64,000 nt of DNA, taken from assembly GCA_023435025.1 (NCBI GenBank), contig JAEYSE010000020.1, forward strand, positions 16,189 through 80,188, written 5' to 3'. Within the stretch, counting starts at the first letter, position 1; each line of letters opens with the position of its first letter. The notes beneath the pieces were generated by a model. It had not been told where the DNA came from. It saw only the letters and a list, made by a program, of their open reading frames with translations, and ran no database searches. Of this stretch, positions 17,939 through 26,691 are shown in pieces. The position numbers and the translations under genes were made by a program. The stretch is from Bacillota bacterium (GTDB taxonomy: Bacteria > Bacillota > Clostridia > Christensenellales > CAG-138).

Positions 17939-19647
17939 ATCGCCGCCCCTCCCATCTGCACCTGCGCGATCTTTCGGTAGCTTTCGCAGGTGTCCATCAG
18001 GTGCCTGTGGGTTCCGGCTCCTTCAATTTGCCCGTCCGCGAGCACCAGGATGTGGTCGGCGTTGCATACGGAGCTGATCCGCTCCGAGATAATCACCGTT
18101 GTTGTGTCGCTGTATTCCCCGCTGATGGCGGCGCGCAGCAGGGCGTCCGTACGGTAATCGAGCGCGCTTTCAGCGTCGTCCAATATCAATATTTCCGGGG
18201 TTCCGGCTAACGCCCGGGCGATTAAAAGCCGCTGCTTCTGGCCGCCGCTCAAATTCGCCCCCCGGATATCGATCATGTGATTGTAACCGCCGGAAAGCCC
18301 CAGTATAAACTCCTCCGCCTGCGCGGCGCGGGCGGCTTTTTCCACCTCCGCTTGCGGGATATTGCGCATAAAGGAGATGTTTTCGTATACGCTGTCGTTC
18401 AAAAGCACGTCGTTCTGGAACACTACGCCAAAACGGCCGGACAGCTCGCTTTGGGGAATACCGCTTATAAGATCCCCGCCTATCCGGATGCTTCCGCCCT
18501 GCGCTTCATAAAGCCGCATCAACAGGCTCACTAGCGTCGTCTTTCCGCTTCCGGTGGGGCCGATGATGCCAAGCGTCTCCCCTCGTTTGACACAGAAGGA
18601 AATGCCCGTGAGATCATTTTGCTTGCCATTATACGAAAAGCTGACGTCGTCAAAACGGATGTGGCAGTCATCGTCCACATGCGCTCGGTTTCCCGTCGCT
18701 TTGGCTTCGTCCTTTAATAGTACTTCCTCCACGCGGTTCATGGAGGCGCTGCCCCTGGACCAGATGGCGAACATTTTTGTAATGGAAAGCGCCGCGTTGA
18801 TGACGATTGTATAGTATGAAAGAAAGGCGATGATTTTGCCCACCTGCATCAGCCCCGCCTGCACGCGGTACGCGCCTACCAGGATTACCAGCGTCAGCCC
18901 GATGTTCAGAATAAGGCTCATCATCGGGTTGGTAGAGGCCACAACCCGCCCCGCCTTTTTTTCAATGTCCGCAACGCCCTCGTTTACTTTGGCGAACCTT
19001 TGCTTTTCATAACCTGTCTTTGAGAGCGCCTTAATAACACGCACCCCCACCGCGTTTTCGCGTAAGATGCGAACCAAGCCCTCAATTTTTTGCTGCGCCT
19101 CGCGATAAAGCGGGGTGCTCCTTTTATACACCCACCGGATCAGAACGATCAAAGCCGGGGTCATCAGAAGCTGTATGAGCGCCATTGCGGGCTCCATCGT
19201 AAAGGAAAGCGTAATCCCTCCCACGATCAAAAGCGGCGTGCGGACCCCCAGGCGCTGCATCCTGTCTAGCAGCGTATGGATATTGTACGTATCGTTGGTG
19301 AGTCTGGATATCAAAGAAGGTAGCGCGAACCGGTTCATATCCGGAAAGGACAGGCGGGAGATCTTTGCAAACAGGTCAAAGCGGAGTTCCCTCGTAATAT
19401 CGCGGGATACCTTGGCCGCCATGCGGTTTGCCCAGACATTGAAGGAAAATGCGATTCCCGCGCAGATAGCCATCAGCCCGCCATACAGATATACCGCTTT
19501 GACGTCCTTGACTGGTACGACCTCATCAATCACGTAAGCAAGCAGCCACGGCAATACCAGATCCATCATTGTGCCGATAAACTTAATGAGCAGGCCAAAG
19601 GACATCCTGCCGATAAAAGGTTTTAAATACTGGCGGACAATATGCAT
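17935..19647 (-). CDS. ABC exporter, fused TMD-NBD half-transporter (degenerate ATPase site)
   Basis: GPTGSGKTT, LSGGQKQR, but Walker B is ILILDDAESALD (catalytic Glu replaced by Asp) and the H-loop reads VIISERISS (no His). Confidence 0.85.
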   Translation of the reverse strand: MHIVRQYLKPFIGRMSFGLLIKFIGTMMDLVLPWLLAYVIDEVVPVKDVKAVYLYGGLMAICAGIAFSFNVWANRMAAKVSRDITRELRFDLFAKISRLSFPDMNRFALPSLISRLTNDTYNIHTLLDRMQRLGVRTPLLIVGGITLSFTMEPAMALIQLLMTPALIVLIRWVYKRSTPLYREAQQKIEGLVRILRENAVGVRVIKALSKTGYEKQRFAKVNEGVADIEKKAGRVVASTNPMMSLILNIGLTLVILVGAYRVQAGLMQVGKIIAFLSYYTIVINAALSITKMFAIWSRGSASMNRVEEVLLKDEAKATGNRAHVDDDCHIRFDDVSFSYNGKQNDLTGISFCVKRGETLGIIGPTGSGKTTLVSLLMRLYEAQGGSIRIGGDLISGIPQSELSGRFGVVFQNDVLLNDSVYENISFMRNIPQAEVEKAARAAQAEEFILGLSGGYNHMIDIRGANLSGGQKQRLLIARALAGTPEILILDDAESALDYRTDALLRAAISGEYSDTTTVIISERISSVCNADHILVLADGQIEGAGTHRHLMDTCESYRKIAQVQMGGAAI

Positions 19648-19898
19648 GTCGGCTCCTCAGGATTGCGGCTGATGCCGCTTCAATCACCCGGGAACGGGGG
19701 CGCGTTTTTGTTGAACCGCAGACCAGAAAGGTAAGTAAGAAGCGGGAAGGGCTTAATTTTCCTCCATAGATCAGGCACTCGCTTAGCCATGATTTCAAGC
19801 GCTAAAAGCTGAGGTCCTGCAGGCAAAACAATTCAAACCAAAACACTGCAATCCCTCTCCGCTTAAAATTTTGAATGCTAGAAAAAATGTCCCGACGG

Positions 19899-20789
19899 TC
19901 AGCCTTGATAAAATTCGTCGATATAAGCTTTCACCTGTTCGCGCGTACCCAGGAACGGCCCGGGCGTTTCCATCTTGAGCGATACCAAGGCCGAGGCCCA
20001 CAGCAGCGCCTCCGGAATATCCGCATACAGGCGTTCCGTGATATATCCGGAAAAGCAGGTATCCCCCCGGCCCGTGCGGCCAATCAGACTGCGCGGCTTC
20101 AACGGACAGGTATAGACTTTTTTTCCATCGTATACGAGCACTTCGGTGTTATGGGTAATCATGACCTCCTGCGCGCCCCATGCGTAGAGCTGCTTGGCGG
20201 CCTGTTCCCGGTCGGTCATGCCGGTCATTATTTCCGCCTCCGCGGCGTCCATCTTTAAAAAGCGGATCATGGGGAGGTAGGTAAGCTTCTCTTCCCAATC
20301 ATGGAACACCATGGTGCCATTTTCCTCGCACCTTAGCAGACATTGTACATCCACGGCAGCCATAGCCTTTTTTGCTGCGTAGGCGATGATTTCATTTCCT
20401 AAATCCCCCCGCATCAGACCGGCAATGTGATAGATGCTCGCGTCCACTTCTGGGATCTCGTTTACCGCGTACGGCTCTATGCGGCTGAGCATGGTGCAGG
20501 TACGCCTTTCACGGTCAGCGGTGTGGTAGACGTTTTGAATGGAGGTGCTGTGCGTGCTGTTAAGCGGGAAAACAGTGACGTTCTTTGCCCCTGAAAACAG
20601 GTTGTCTAAGTCCATATCAGCCTTGCTCGCCTTGGGTAGCGCTGCAACCGTTCGCCCCATGCCCGACGCCGCAAAGCCGGAGAATACAACCGCCCCGCCG
20701 ATCGCGCGAAGGGTTACGCCGTCATAATCCGTGTTGACGTCCAAACTGGGCTGGCCCAGAATGAATGTGTCGAATTTCTTTTTCCCCAT
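19899..20789 (-). CDS. PfkB-family carbohydrate/small-molecule kinase
   Basis: N-terminal ILGQPSLDV and the C-terminal anion-hole region GRTGRGDTCFSGY typical of the ribokinase/PfkB fold. Abuts the PHP gene with no gap. Confidence 0.75.
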   Translation of the reverse strand: MGKKKFDTFILGQPSLDVNTDYDGVTLRAIGGAVVFSGFAASGMGRTVAALPKASKADMDLDNLFSGAKNVTVFPLNSTHSTSIQNVYHTADRERRTCTMLSRIEPYAVNEIPEVDASIYHIAGLMRGDLGNEIIAYAAKKAMAAVDVQCLLRCEENGTMVFHDWEEKLTYLPMIRFLKMDAAEAEIMTGMTDREQAAKQLYAWGAQEVMITHNTEVLVYDGKKVYTCPLKPRSLIGRTGRGDTCFSGYITERLYADIPEALLWASALVSLKMETPGPFLGTREQVKAYIDEFYQG

Positions 20790-21518
20790 CTAATTCCTAC
20801 CTCCAAAATAGGCGTTGCACTTTGCAATCAAATGCTGAAATTCGTCGCTATGCACGCGGTATGCTCTTTGTTGCACCGCGCGCTTATAATCGAAGGAGTC
20901 AGAAAGCCGCGCGTCAAACACCATTGCCGCGCGCCCTTCATCACCCGGACGGTGCGTATCGGAGCTGCAGGTCCTAAGCAGATGAGGGTTTTCCATGCAA
21001 AGCGCGAGCGCCTGATCATTGCCGTTTTCATGGCGGGGGCTGCAGTTGATGTATTCAATCCCGTGTACGCAATCATAATGGATAAGGCCGTGCTGCTTCC
21101 GGAACGGGTGCGCGTGTATGATCAAAACCTCGTTTTTGAACGTTTGATAAAAGTCATGCGGGTCCATGCGATACGGGTAGGGGTTGCGTTTGAGAAACGC
21201 CTCGTCTATGCCGTACACCAGGTAATCGTTGTTGCTGTCCTGTTCAAAACGCAATTCAGCTCCCAGAAGCACGTCAAACCCCAATTCGGCCCCTCTTTGC
21301 TTCGCGGTTTTGTAACCAAGGAGGAACCGGTCCACGCACGCGTCCCAATCATCGTTGCAGTCTAGCGAGGAAATGTAAGTTTCGTGCAGGTGGTCCGTCA
21401 CAATAAATCCGGCGTAGCCCTTCTCATGGTACGTTTCCACCAGTGTTTTTGCGGCTATCCTTCCGCAGTGGCTGGTTTCCAGGGTATGGACGTGCGGGTC
21501 GTACAAGTATTCTTTCAT
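20790..21518 (-). CDS. PHP-domain phosphoesterase (histidinol-phosphatase-like fold)
   Basis: N-terminal DPHVHTLETSHC metal motif, TDH, IHAHP, SSDTHRPGDEG. Confidence 0.7.
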   Translation of the reverse strand: MKEYLYDPHVHTLETSHCGRIAAKTLVETYHEKGYAGFIVTDHLHETYISSLDCNDDWDACVDRFLLGYKTAKQRGAELGFDVLLGAELRFEQDSNNDYLVYGIDEAFLKRNPYPYRMDPHDFYQTFKNEVLIIHAHPFRKQHGLIHYDCVHGIEYINCSPRHENGNDQALALCMENPHLLRTCSSDTHRPGDEGRAAMVFDARLSDSFDYKRAVQQRAYRVHSDEFQHLIAKCNAYFGGRN

Positions 21519-21537
21519 AGGTCCTCCGGGTTAAAAA

Positions 21538-22545
21538 TTATACCAACGAAATACAGGATTTACGCTTGATCAGCGTGGGCAACAGGATCTGATGCGAGTA
21601 ACCGAGCGACGGATTGCGGAGCTTTTCCAGCATCATATCCACCGCGATCGCCGCCATTGTCATTTTGGGCTGCTCGATCGTGGTAAGGTTGATTTTGGGA
21701 AGGCCCGTAAAATGGATATTGTCGAACCCGAGCAGTGAGAGATCCTCGGGTATCCGTACGCCGCATTCGTCGGCTGCCTGAAGCACCCCCAAAGCGTTGG
21801 AGTCCGTGGACGCGAATATGGCGGTATAGTCAAAGCGGCTTGCAAACAGCTGCTTGGCCAGGGCGTAGCCGTTCTGTATGGAGCTTGCCATGTACGGGCT
21901 GTTGAAAAAGCACGGCGTAATCTTATAATCGCGGCATGCGTCGCTGTATCCGTCCGAGCGCAGCTGGTGGGTGTTGCTGCCTTTGCGGTATCCAAAGTAC
22001 AGGATGTTCCTGTGCCCCAGGGAATACAGGTATTCCGTGCCGATATACGTACCCCGGTAATTATCTACGGCCACATAGCTTTCCGGCGCGTCCCGCAGGT
22101 TTTCGCTGACAAACACGGTGGGCACCTTGTTCAGATACTTTTTCAGGCGGCCATACGTATCGATGCTGGAGGGGACGATGATAATGCCGTCTACCTGCCT
22201 GCCCATCAGCAGCTCAAACACCTGCTCCTCCTGAGCTAAGTCGTTAGAGGAGTTACACAGCATGATGTTGTAACCGCGTGCCCGCGCGTTCAGCTCAATA
22301 TGGTACGCGATCTCGGACATAAACGGATTTTCTATGCTGGTTACGATTAGCCCGATGAGCTTTGTGCGTTTCATCACCATGGAACGGGCCACGAAATTGG
22401 TGGTATAGCCCATTTCCTTGCAAATCTTCACAATGCGCTCGCGAGTTTCGGTGCTGATCTCGGGGCTGTTGGACAGCGCGCGCGAAACGGTGGCATAGGA
22501 CACATTCGCAACCTTGGCAATGTCCTTAATTGTGACGTTTTTCAT
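21538..22545 (-). CDS. LacI-family transcriptional regulator (full length, with HTH)
   Basis: MKNVTIKDIAKVANVSYATVSRALSNSP HTH followed by a PBP1 effector domain (IGLIVTSIENPF...). Confidence 0.9.
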   Translation of the reverse strand: MKNVTIKDIAKVANVSYATVSRALSNSPEISTETRERIVKICKEMGYTTNFVARSMVMKRTKLIGLIVTSIENPFMSEIAYHIELNARARGYNIMLCNSSNDLAQEEQVFELLMGRQVDGIIIVPSSIDTYGRLKKYLNKVPTVFVSENLRDAPESYVAVDNYRGTYIGTEYLYSLGHRNILYFGYRKGSNTHQLRSDGYSDACRDYKITPCFFNSPYMASSIQNGYALAKQLFASRFDYTAIFASTDSNALGVLQAADECGVRIPEDLSLLGFDNIHFTGLPKINLTTIEQPKMTMAAIAVDMMLEKLRNPSLGYSHQILLPTLIKRKSCISLV

Positions 22546-22564
22546 GATTCACGCTCCTGTAGAA

Positions 22565-22578
22565 TGCAAACGTTTTCG
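22565..22578. promoter_or_regulatory. LacI-family operator-like site TGCAAACGTTTTCG (autoregulatory position)
   Basis: Imperfect palindrome (10 of 14 positions symmetric) located 8 nt downstream of the -10 and just upstream of the lacI RBS. Confidence 0.55.
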
Positions 22579-22586
22579 TTATACAA

Positions 22587-22616
22587 ATCATACTACATCT
22601 CTATATAGGATGTCAA
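22587..22616 (-). promoter_or_regulatory. Sigma-A-type promoter of the lacI-PHP-pfkB operon
   Basis: On the minus strand: TTGACA (22616-22611), 18-nt spacer, TATGAT (22592-22587). Confidence 0.6.
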
Positions 22617-22723
22617 TTGCACCGTCTACAGGCCCCAAAGGCATGTGACTCCCAAATCTGCCGTGGTACTTTTAAGGTTGTGTTAACAGTTTTGATAAAA
22701 TTTTCGTAAATTTACGCCTTATT

Positions 22724-24289
22724 TTAGATATATTGCGTTCCTCCACCCCGTACAAGCGCCGCATATACCTTTTCGATTTTCGCGTAATTTCCGTCCCGAT
22801 CCAAGGCCAGTCCGCGTCCCACGCCGTCCACAATCTGCCCCGTACCGATTTTGGTGATTTGCGTTTCAAGCTCTTCAAGCAGTTTGGGCGCGCTGCCCGG
22901 CTCGGTGCTGCGTCCATCAAATATGATATGCACATATACCTTGGGCAGGTCCTTGGCCATTTGCAGCAGCGCAAGCGGATAGTCTATGGAGCCGTGGGAG
23001 GATTTTTTGGTCAGCAGGGCGAGTAAATGCAAAGCGGCCCCATTTTTTCTGACACGATCGATTGCGTTTAGGAACACCTCGTTTTGCAAAAAGGAGCCGT
23101 CCTTCATGGCTTGGTCCAGCCGGATATCATCCTGCTGCACGATCCTGCCTGCCCCGATGTTGGAGTGACCCGCCTCCGAATTGCCGGGCTTGCCTTCCTG
23201 CAAACCTACCGCCTCGCCTGAAGCGCGCAGCCGGGAGGGCGTATAGTCGGCGTTGAGCCGATCCCATACGGGGGTCTCCGCCAAATAGATGGGGTTGGTG
23301 TTGTCTTGCTTTCCAATACCCCACCCATCCAGAATAATGAGCAGCAGCTTACGGTCTTTGCCAAAATCATGCCCGGCAGCAAGGCTTACGCCCGTCATGC
23401 CTGCGGGCTGCGGAATGCGGAGTACTTGCAATGCTGTAGGCGCGACGTCTGAAAGGTTCCCGTTCGAAAGCGCGATGGGAGCGTCCGAATCCGGGTCGAT
23501 CAAAAAAAAGGAAACGAGGTTCGACGTATGCGCCACATGCGGCTTGCCTTCGGGTGTGCACATTTCCTCCAGGTTGCCGTGGTCGGCGGTAATGGCGGTT
23601 ACATAGCCATGCCGCTTAGCCGCTTCTAGCACACGCCCCAGGTGGTAATCCACATGCGCGGCGCACTCTATTTTCGCCTTTTCATTGGAGGTATGCCCGA
23701 TCACGTCCCCGTTCGCGAAATTGACCACGATCCATTCGCGCCCATCCTCCAACCCTTTTATAACCGTATCGGCCACCTCGGGCAGGCGCAACGCTGGGAC
23801 TTGGTAAAAAGGAATGCCCTTGGGCGAGGGGATGCAGACGTCGTCTTCGCCGGGGAACGGCACATTGTTCCCGCCGTTTAAAAAGAACGTCACATGGGCG
23901 TATTTTTCGGACTCCGCGCAGTGCAACTGCCTAAGCCCCGACTTACTTACCGTTTCCGCCAACGTATCCTTCCCGCGTGTCGGTGCGAAAGCGATGGGCA
24001 GATCCTTGTACTTTTCGTGGTACATGGTCAGTATGACAAATGAAAGGTCCGAATAGCGTTCCCGTTCAAAATGCGGAAACTCCGCGGCTGTGAACGCGTC
24101 CGTCAGCTCAATCTCCCGTTCGCCGCGGCGGCAGCAGAATATGACCGCGTCGCCGTCGCGGACGCGACCGATTGCGTTGCCTTCTTCATCCACGCGAACC
24201 AGCGGCTCCATGGAATAATCGGCCTGGCCACGGGCATAGGCGTCCCTGACTGCATTCGCTAAGGCTACTCCGCCGTATTCCCCATGCAT
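22724..24289 (-). CDS. Circularly permuted cofactor-independent phosphoglycerate-mutase-like enzyme (alkaline phosphatase superfamily)
   Basis: All iPGM motifs are present but in the order C-terminal half then N-terminal half: ESEKYAHVTFFLNGG, NGDVIGHT, TADHGN, VAHTSN, IPQPAGMTG, linker, IILDGWG, GNSEAGHSNIGAGRIV, FDGRS, LDRDGNYAKIEKVY. Start set at the ATG at 24289 (RBS AAGGAGG, 7-nt spacer). Confidence 0.85.
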   Translation of the reverse strand: MHGEYGGVALANAVRDAYARGQADYSMEPLVRVDEEGNAIGRVRDGDAVIFCCRRGEREIELTDAFTAAEFPHFERERYSDLSFVILTMYHEKYKDLPIAFAPTRGKDTLAETVSKSGLRQLHCAESEKYAHVTFFLNGGNNVPFPGEDDVCIPSPKGIPFYQVPALRLPEVADTVIKGLEDGREWIVVNFANGDVIGHTSNEKAKIECAAHVDYHLGRVLEAAKRHGYVTAITADHGNLEEMCTPEGKPHVAHTSNLVSFFLIDPDSDAPIALSNGNLSDVAPTALQVLRIPQPAGMTGVSLAAGHDFGKDRKLLLIILDGWGIGKQDNTNPIYLAETPVWDRLNADYTPSRLRASGEAVGLQEGKPGNSEAGHSNIGAGRIVQQDDIRLDQAMKDGSFLQNEVFLNAIDRVRKNGAALHLLALLTKKSSHGSIDYPLALLQMAKDLPKVYVHIIFDGRSTEPGSAPKLLEELETQITKIGTGQIVDGVGRGLALDRDGNYAKIEKVYAALVRGGGTQYI

Positions 24290-24308
24290 ACCGGCACCTC
24301 CTTTATGC

Positions 24309-25067
24309 TTATTTCTTTGCGGTGCCTGCCTCAAGGCAGACACTCGGTGCCTTCGGGAATATATCCAGCAGTTGCCGGATGTCGCTTATGATGATGTCAG
24401 GCCTGTTCTCGTCGGTGATGATTTCTCTGGAGGGGTTATCGGGGTAATCGATACCTACATTCAGCCCGAATCCAGCGGATTTTGCGCCAATGATATCGCG
24501 GGCGTAATTGTCCCCCACGCAAGCGCAAAGCGCTGGCGGTACGTTTGCCTCTTCCACCGCCTGCAAATAGATTGCGGGGTCCGGCTTGCGAATGCATGTC
24601 ACGGAGGACAGCACCACGGTCTTGAAATAATGCTCCAGCCCATCTTCCTTGAGCCAATCCTGGATTTCATGGCAGCCGATGAGGTTGCTGATAATTCCCA
24701 GCGTGTAGCCCCGTTTGTACAGCGTGTCTATGACCTCCACGCCGCCATCAATAACGTACCGCTTGCCTTTGGCCTGGCGGTACTGGTACGTAAGCTCCGG
24801 GGCGTTCGCGGCAATGCGCTCCGCCGGGTATTCGGGGGCCAGCCAGCGAGTCCAGAGCTCGGCTTCCGGCGCTTCACGATTGGTATCAATCGCCCAGTCA
24901 CGGTATTTGTCATAGCGCTGGTCGATCAACTTGTGGAACTGCTTTGGGTCCATATCTGTGCCGACCAGCTCCGCGATTTTAGACATTGCGTTATACTGAT
25001 GCTCCGGCTCCTTGCGCAGGATGCGAAGCGTGCCGCCAAGATCAAAGAATATACCCTGAATATCCAT
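24309..25067 (-). CDS. HAD-superfamily hydrolase, motif I DxGxT (tandem paralog 3 of 3)
   Basis: IFFDLGGTL, IISNL, RKPD, VGDNYARDIIGAKSAGFG. RBS GGGAGGAG. Confidence 0.85.
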   Translation of the reverse strand: MDIQGIFFDLGGTLRILRKEPEHQYNAMSKIAELVGTDMDPKQFHKLIDQRYDKYRDWAIDTNREAPEAELWTRWLAPEYPAERIAANAPELTYQYRQAKGKRYVIDGGVEVIDTLYKRGYTLGIISNLIGCHEIQDWLKEDGLEHYFKTVVLSSVTCIRKPDPAIYLQAVEEANVPPALCACVGDNYARDIIGAKSAGFGLNVGIDYPDNPSREIITDENRPDIIISDIRQLLDIFPKAPSVCLEAGTAKK

Positions 25068-25088
25068 GGTTCTCCTCCCTATATCCGT

Positions 25089-25835
25089 CTATATTGCCGC
25101 TTCTAAATTGCGCGGCGGGAACATAGTCAGCAGTTCGGCAAGATCGTATAGTACGGCGTCCGGCTCGCACCCTTCGGGCGCGGGCTTTAAAGTCTTCCCG
25201 GGTTCCACAAACAACAGGAAAGCGCCAAAGCCTGCGGCTTTTGTGCCTGCGACATCGCGCTTGACGTTATCCCCCACGTATACACAGCGTTCGGGCGATA
25301 TTCCCACCTCCCGCGCGGCCATACGGTGCATCTCCGGGTCGGGTTTGCGGATGCCGCATACCGCTGAAAGCAGAACGGACTTGAAATATGGGGTCAGTCC
25401 GTCCGCCTCCAGCCAATCCGGAATCTCCTTTGAGGTGATCAAGTTGCTGATAATGCCCAAGGTATATCCCCTCAGGTGCAGTTCGCGGATGACCTCCGCG
25501 CCATGCTCGGCAACCACCCGCCGCCCCTTGGCATTGCGGTAGTGGATTGTTAGCTCCACGGCGGCGGCAGCAACGCTGTCCTTCGGAAATTCCGGCGCAA
25601 GCCACCGCGTCCAAAGTTCAGACTCGGGCGCTTCCTTCATTTCTTCAAACGCCCATTTGCGGTAATCCAGATACCGTTCATCCAGAAGGGCGCAGAACGC
25701 CTTGGGTTCCGCATCGGTGTTTAGCAGCCGTGTGATGTTCCGTAGGGCGTCGTTTTGGAACGCCTCGTCCTCCACTAAAAGGCGAAGCGTGCCGCCGAGG
25801 TCAAAAAATATCGCATCGAAGTTTTCCGTATTCAT
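25089..25835 (-). CDS. HAD-superfamily hydrolase, motif I DxGxT (tandem paralog 2 of 3)
   Basis: IFFDLGGTL, IISNL, RKPD, VGDNVKRDVAGTKAAGFG. ATGA overlap with the upstream paralog. Confidence 0.85.
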   Translation of the reverse strand: MNTENFDAIFFDLGGTLRLLVEDEAFQNDALRNITRLLNTDAEPKAFCALLDERYLDYRKWAFEEMKEAPESELWTRWLAPEFPKDSVAAAAVELTIHYRNAKGRRVVAEHGAEVIRELHLRGYTLGIISNLITSKEIPDWLEADGLTPYFKSVLLSAVCGIRKPDPEMHRMAAREVGISPERCVYVGDNVKRDVAGTKAAGFGAFLLFVEPGKTLKPAPEGCEPDAVLYDLAELLTMFPPRNLEAAI

Positions 25836-26587
25836 GCATTATCTCCCTGCGTCGCCTTTATGCGGGAAGGAAACAGGCCAAGAAGCTCCGAAATTTCGTC
25901 TATTGTATGGTCCAGCGGAAAGTCCGCCGACTGCGGCTCGTTTTTGAGCGTAGCCGGTTCGTTGATGAGTATCATTTTCGCAAAGCCGGACGCGCGCGTA
26001 CCCTCCGTATCGCGTATGGGATTGTCTCCCACATAGGCACACTGAGCGGGTATGGAGCCGATCGTACGGGCGGCAAGCAGGTAGATCTCAGGATCTGGCT
26101 TGCGGAGCCTGACCTTTGAGGAGAGTATCACGGTGCGGAAGCAGCTTGCCACGCCGTCCGCAATCATCCAGTCCGGTATTTCGGTTTCCGTGATGGTATT
26201 TGCAATAATGCCCAGCTTGTAACCGCGCCGGACCAGTTCTTGTAGCGTCGCCTTGACGTCGTGCCTTGGAATGCGTCTGCCGTCATGGTCACGCCAAAGC
26301 CGCGTAAGCCGCCCGGCATTTGCCGTAATCAGCTCGGCAGGATAATCCGGAAGCAGCCAGAACGTCCAAAGCTCCATTTCCGAAGCTTCCAGCATACTGC
26401 GCTTGCTTTGCTTGCGGTATGCGTCCCATCTGCTTTCCAGCTTGCTGAAAAAAGCGTCGTGGGGCTCCGTTGCTCCTACGAGCCGCATCAGCTCGTGTTC
26501 CGCCGCAGCCTGAAACGGCGCGTCCTTTACAACGATTCTCAGGGTGTTGCCAACATCAAAGAATATGGTGTCGATCTCCGGCTTCAT
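25832..26587 (-). CDS. HAD-superfamily hydrolase, motif I DxGxT (tandem paralog 1 of 3)
   Basis: IFFDVGNTL, IIANT, RKPD, VGDNPIRDTEGTRASGFA. RBS CAGGAGGG. Confidence 0.85.
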   Translation of the reverse strand: MKPEIDTIFFDVGNTLRIVVKDAPFQAAAEHELMRLVGATEPHDAFFSKLESRWDAYRKQSKRSMLEASEMELWTFWLLPDYPAELITANAGRLTRLWRDHDGRRIPRHDVKATLQELVRRGYKLGIIANTITETEIPDWMIADGVASCFRTVILSSKVRLRKPDPEIYLLAARTIGSIPAQCAYVGDNPIRDTEGTRASGFAKMILINEPATLKNEPQSADFPLDHTIDEISELLGLFPSRIKATQGDNA

Positions 26588-26691
26588 AACGCCCTCCTGC
26601 AGAATGGAATTTTATAACACTTATTTCGGTTTTTGTGTCTATTTATGAGGGTTTTTGCCGTTTAAGTGGATTCGTAGCCTTCCAGACTGAC

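Noticed and set aside
19648-19898. The 250-bp gap between pfkB and the ABC exporter, inspected for an sRNA, riboswitch or small ORF (track ORFs 19583..19798- and 19795..20001-).
   Set aside because: I saw no conserved riboswitch-like motif, no convincing terminator hairpin and no RBS-preceded small ORF. It probably just contains the exporter promoter and leader.
22705-22716. Palindrome CGTAAATTTACG just downstream of the iPGM-like stop codon, considered as a terminator.
   Set aside because: The stem is AT-rich with at most 4 usable base pairs once a loop is allowed, and there is no U-tract. That is too weak to call.
22724-24289. Alternative explanation of the permuted iPGM as two adjacent gene fragments or a tandem-duplication pseudogene.
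   Set aside because: It is a single uninterrupted ORF of normal iPGM length. Each conserved motif is present exactly once, and the old termini are joined in frame by a short linker. Misassembly cannot be excluded without reads, and this is listed as a check.
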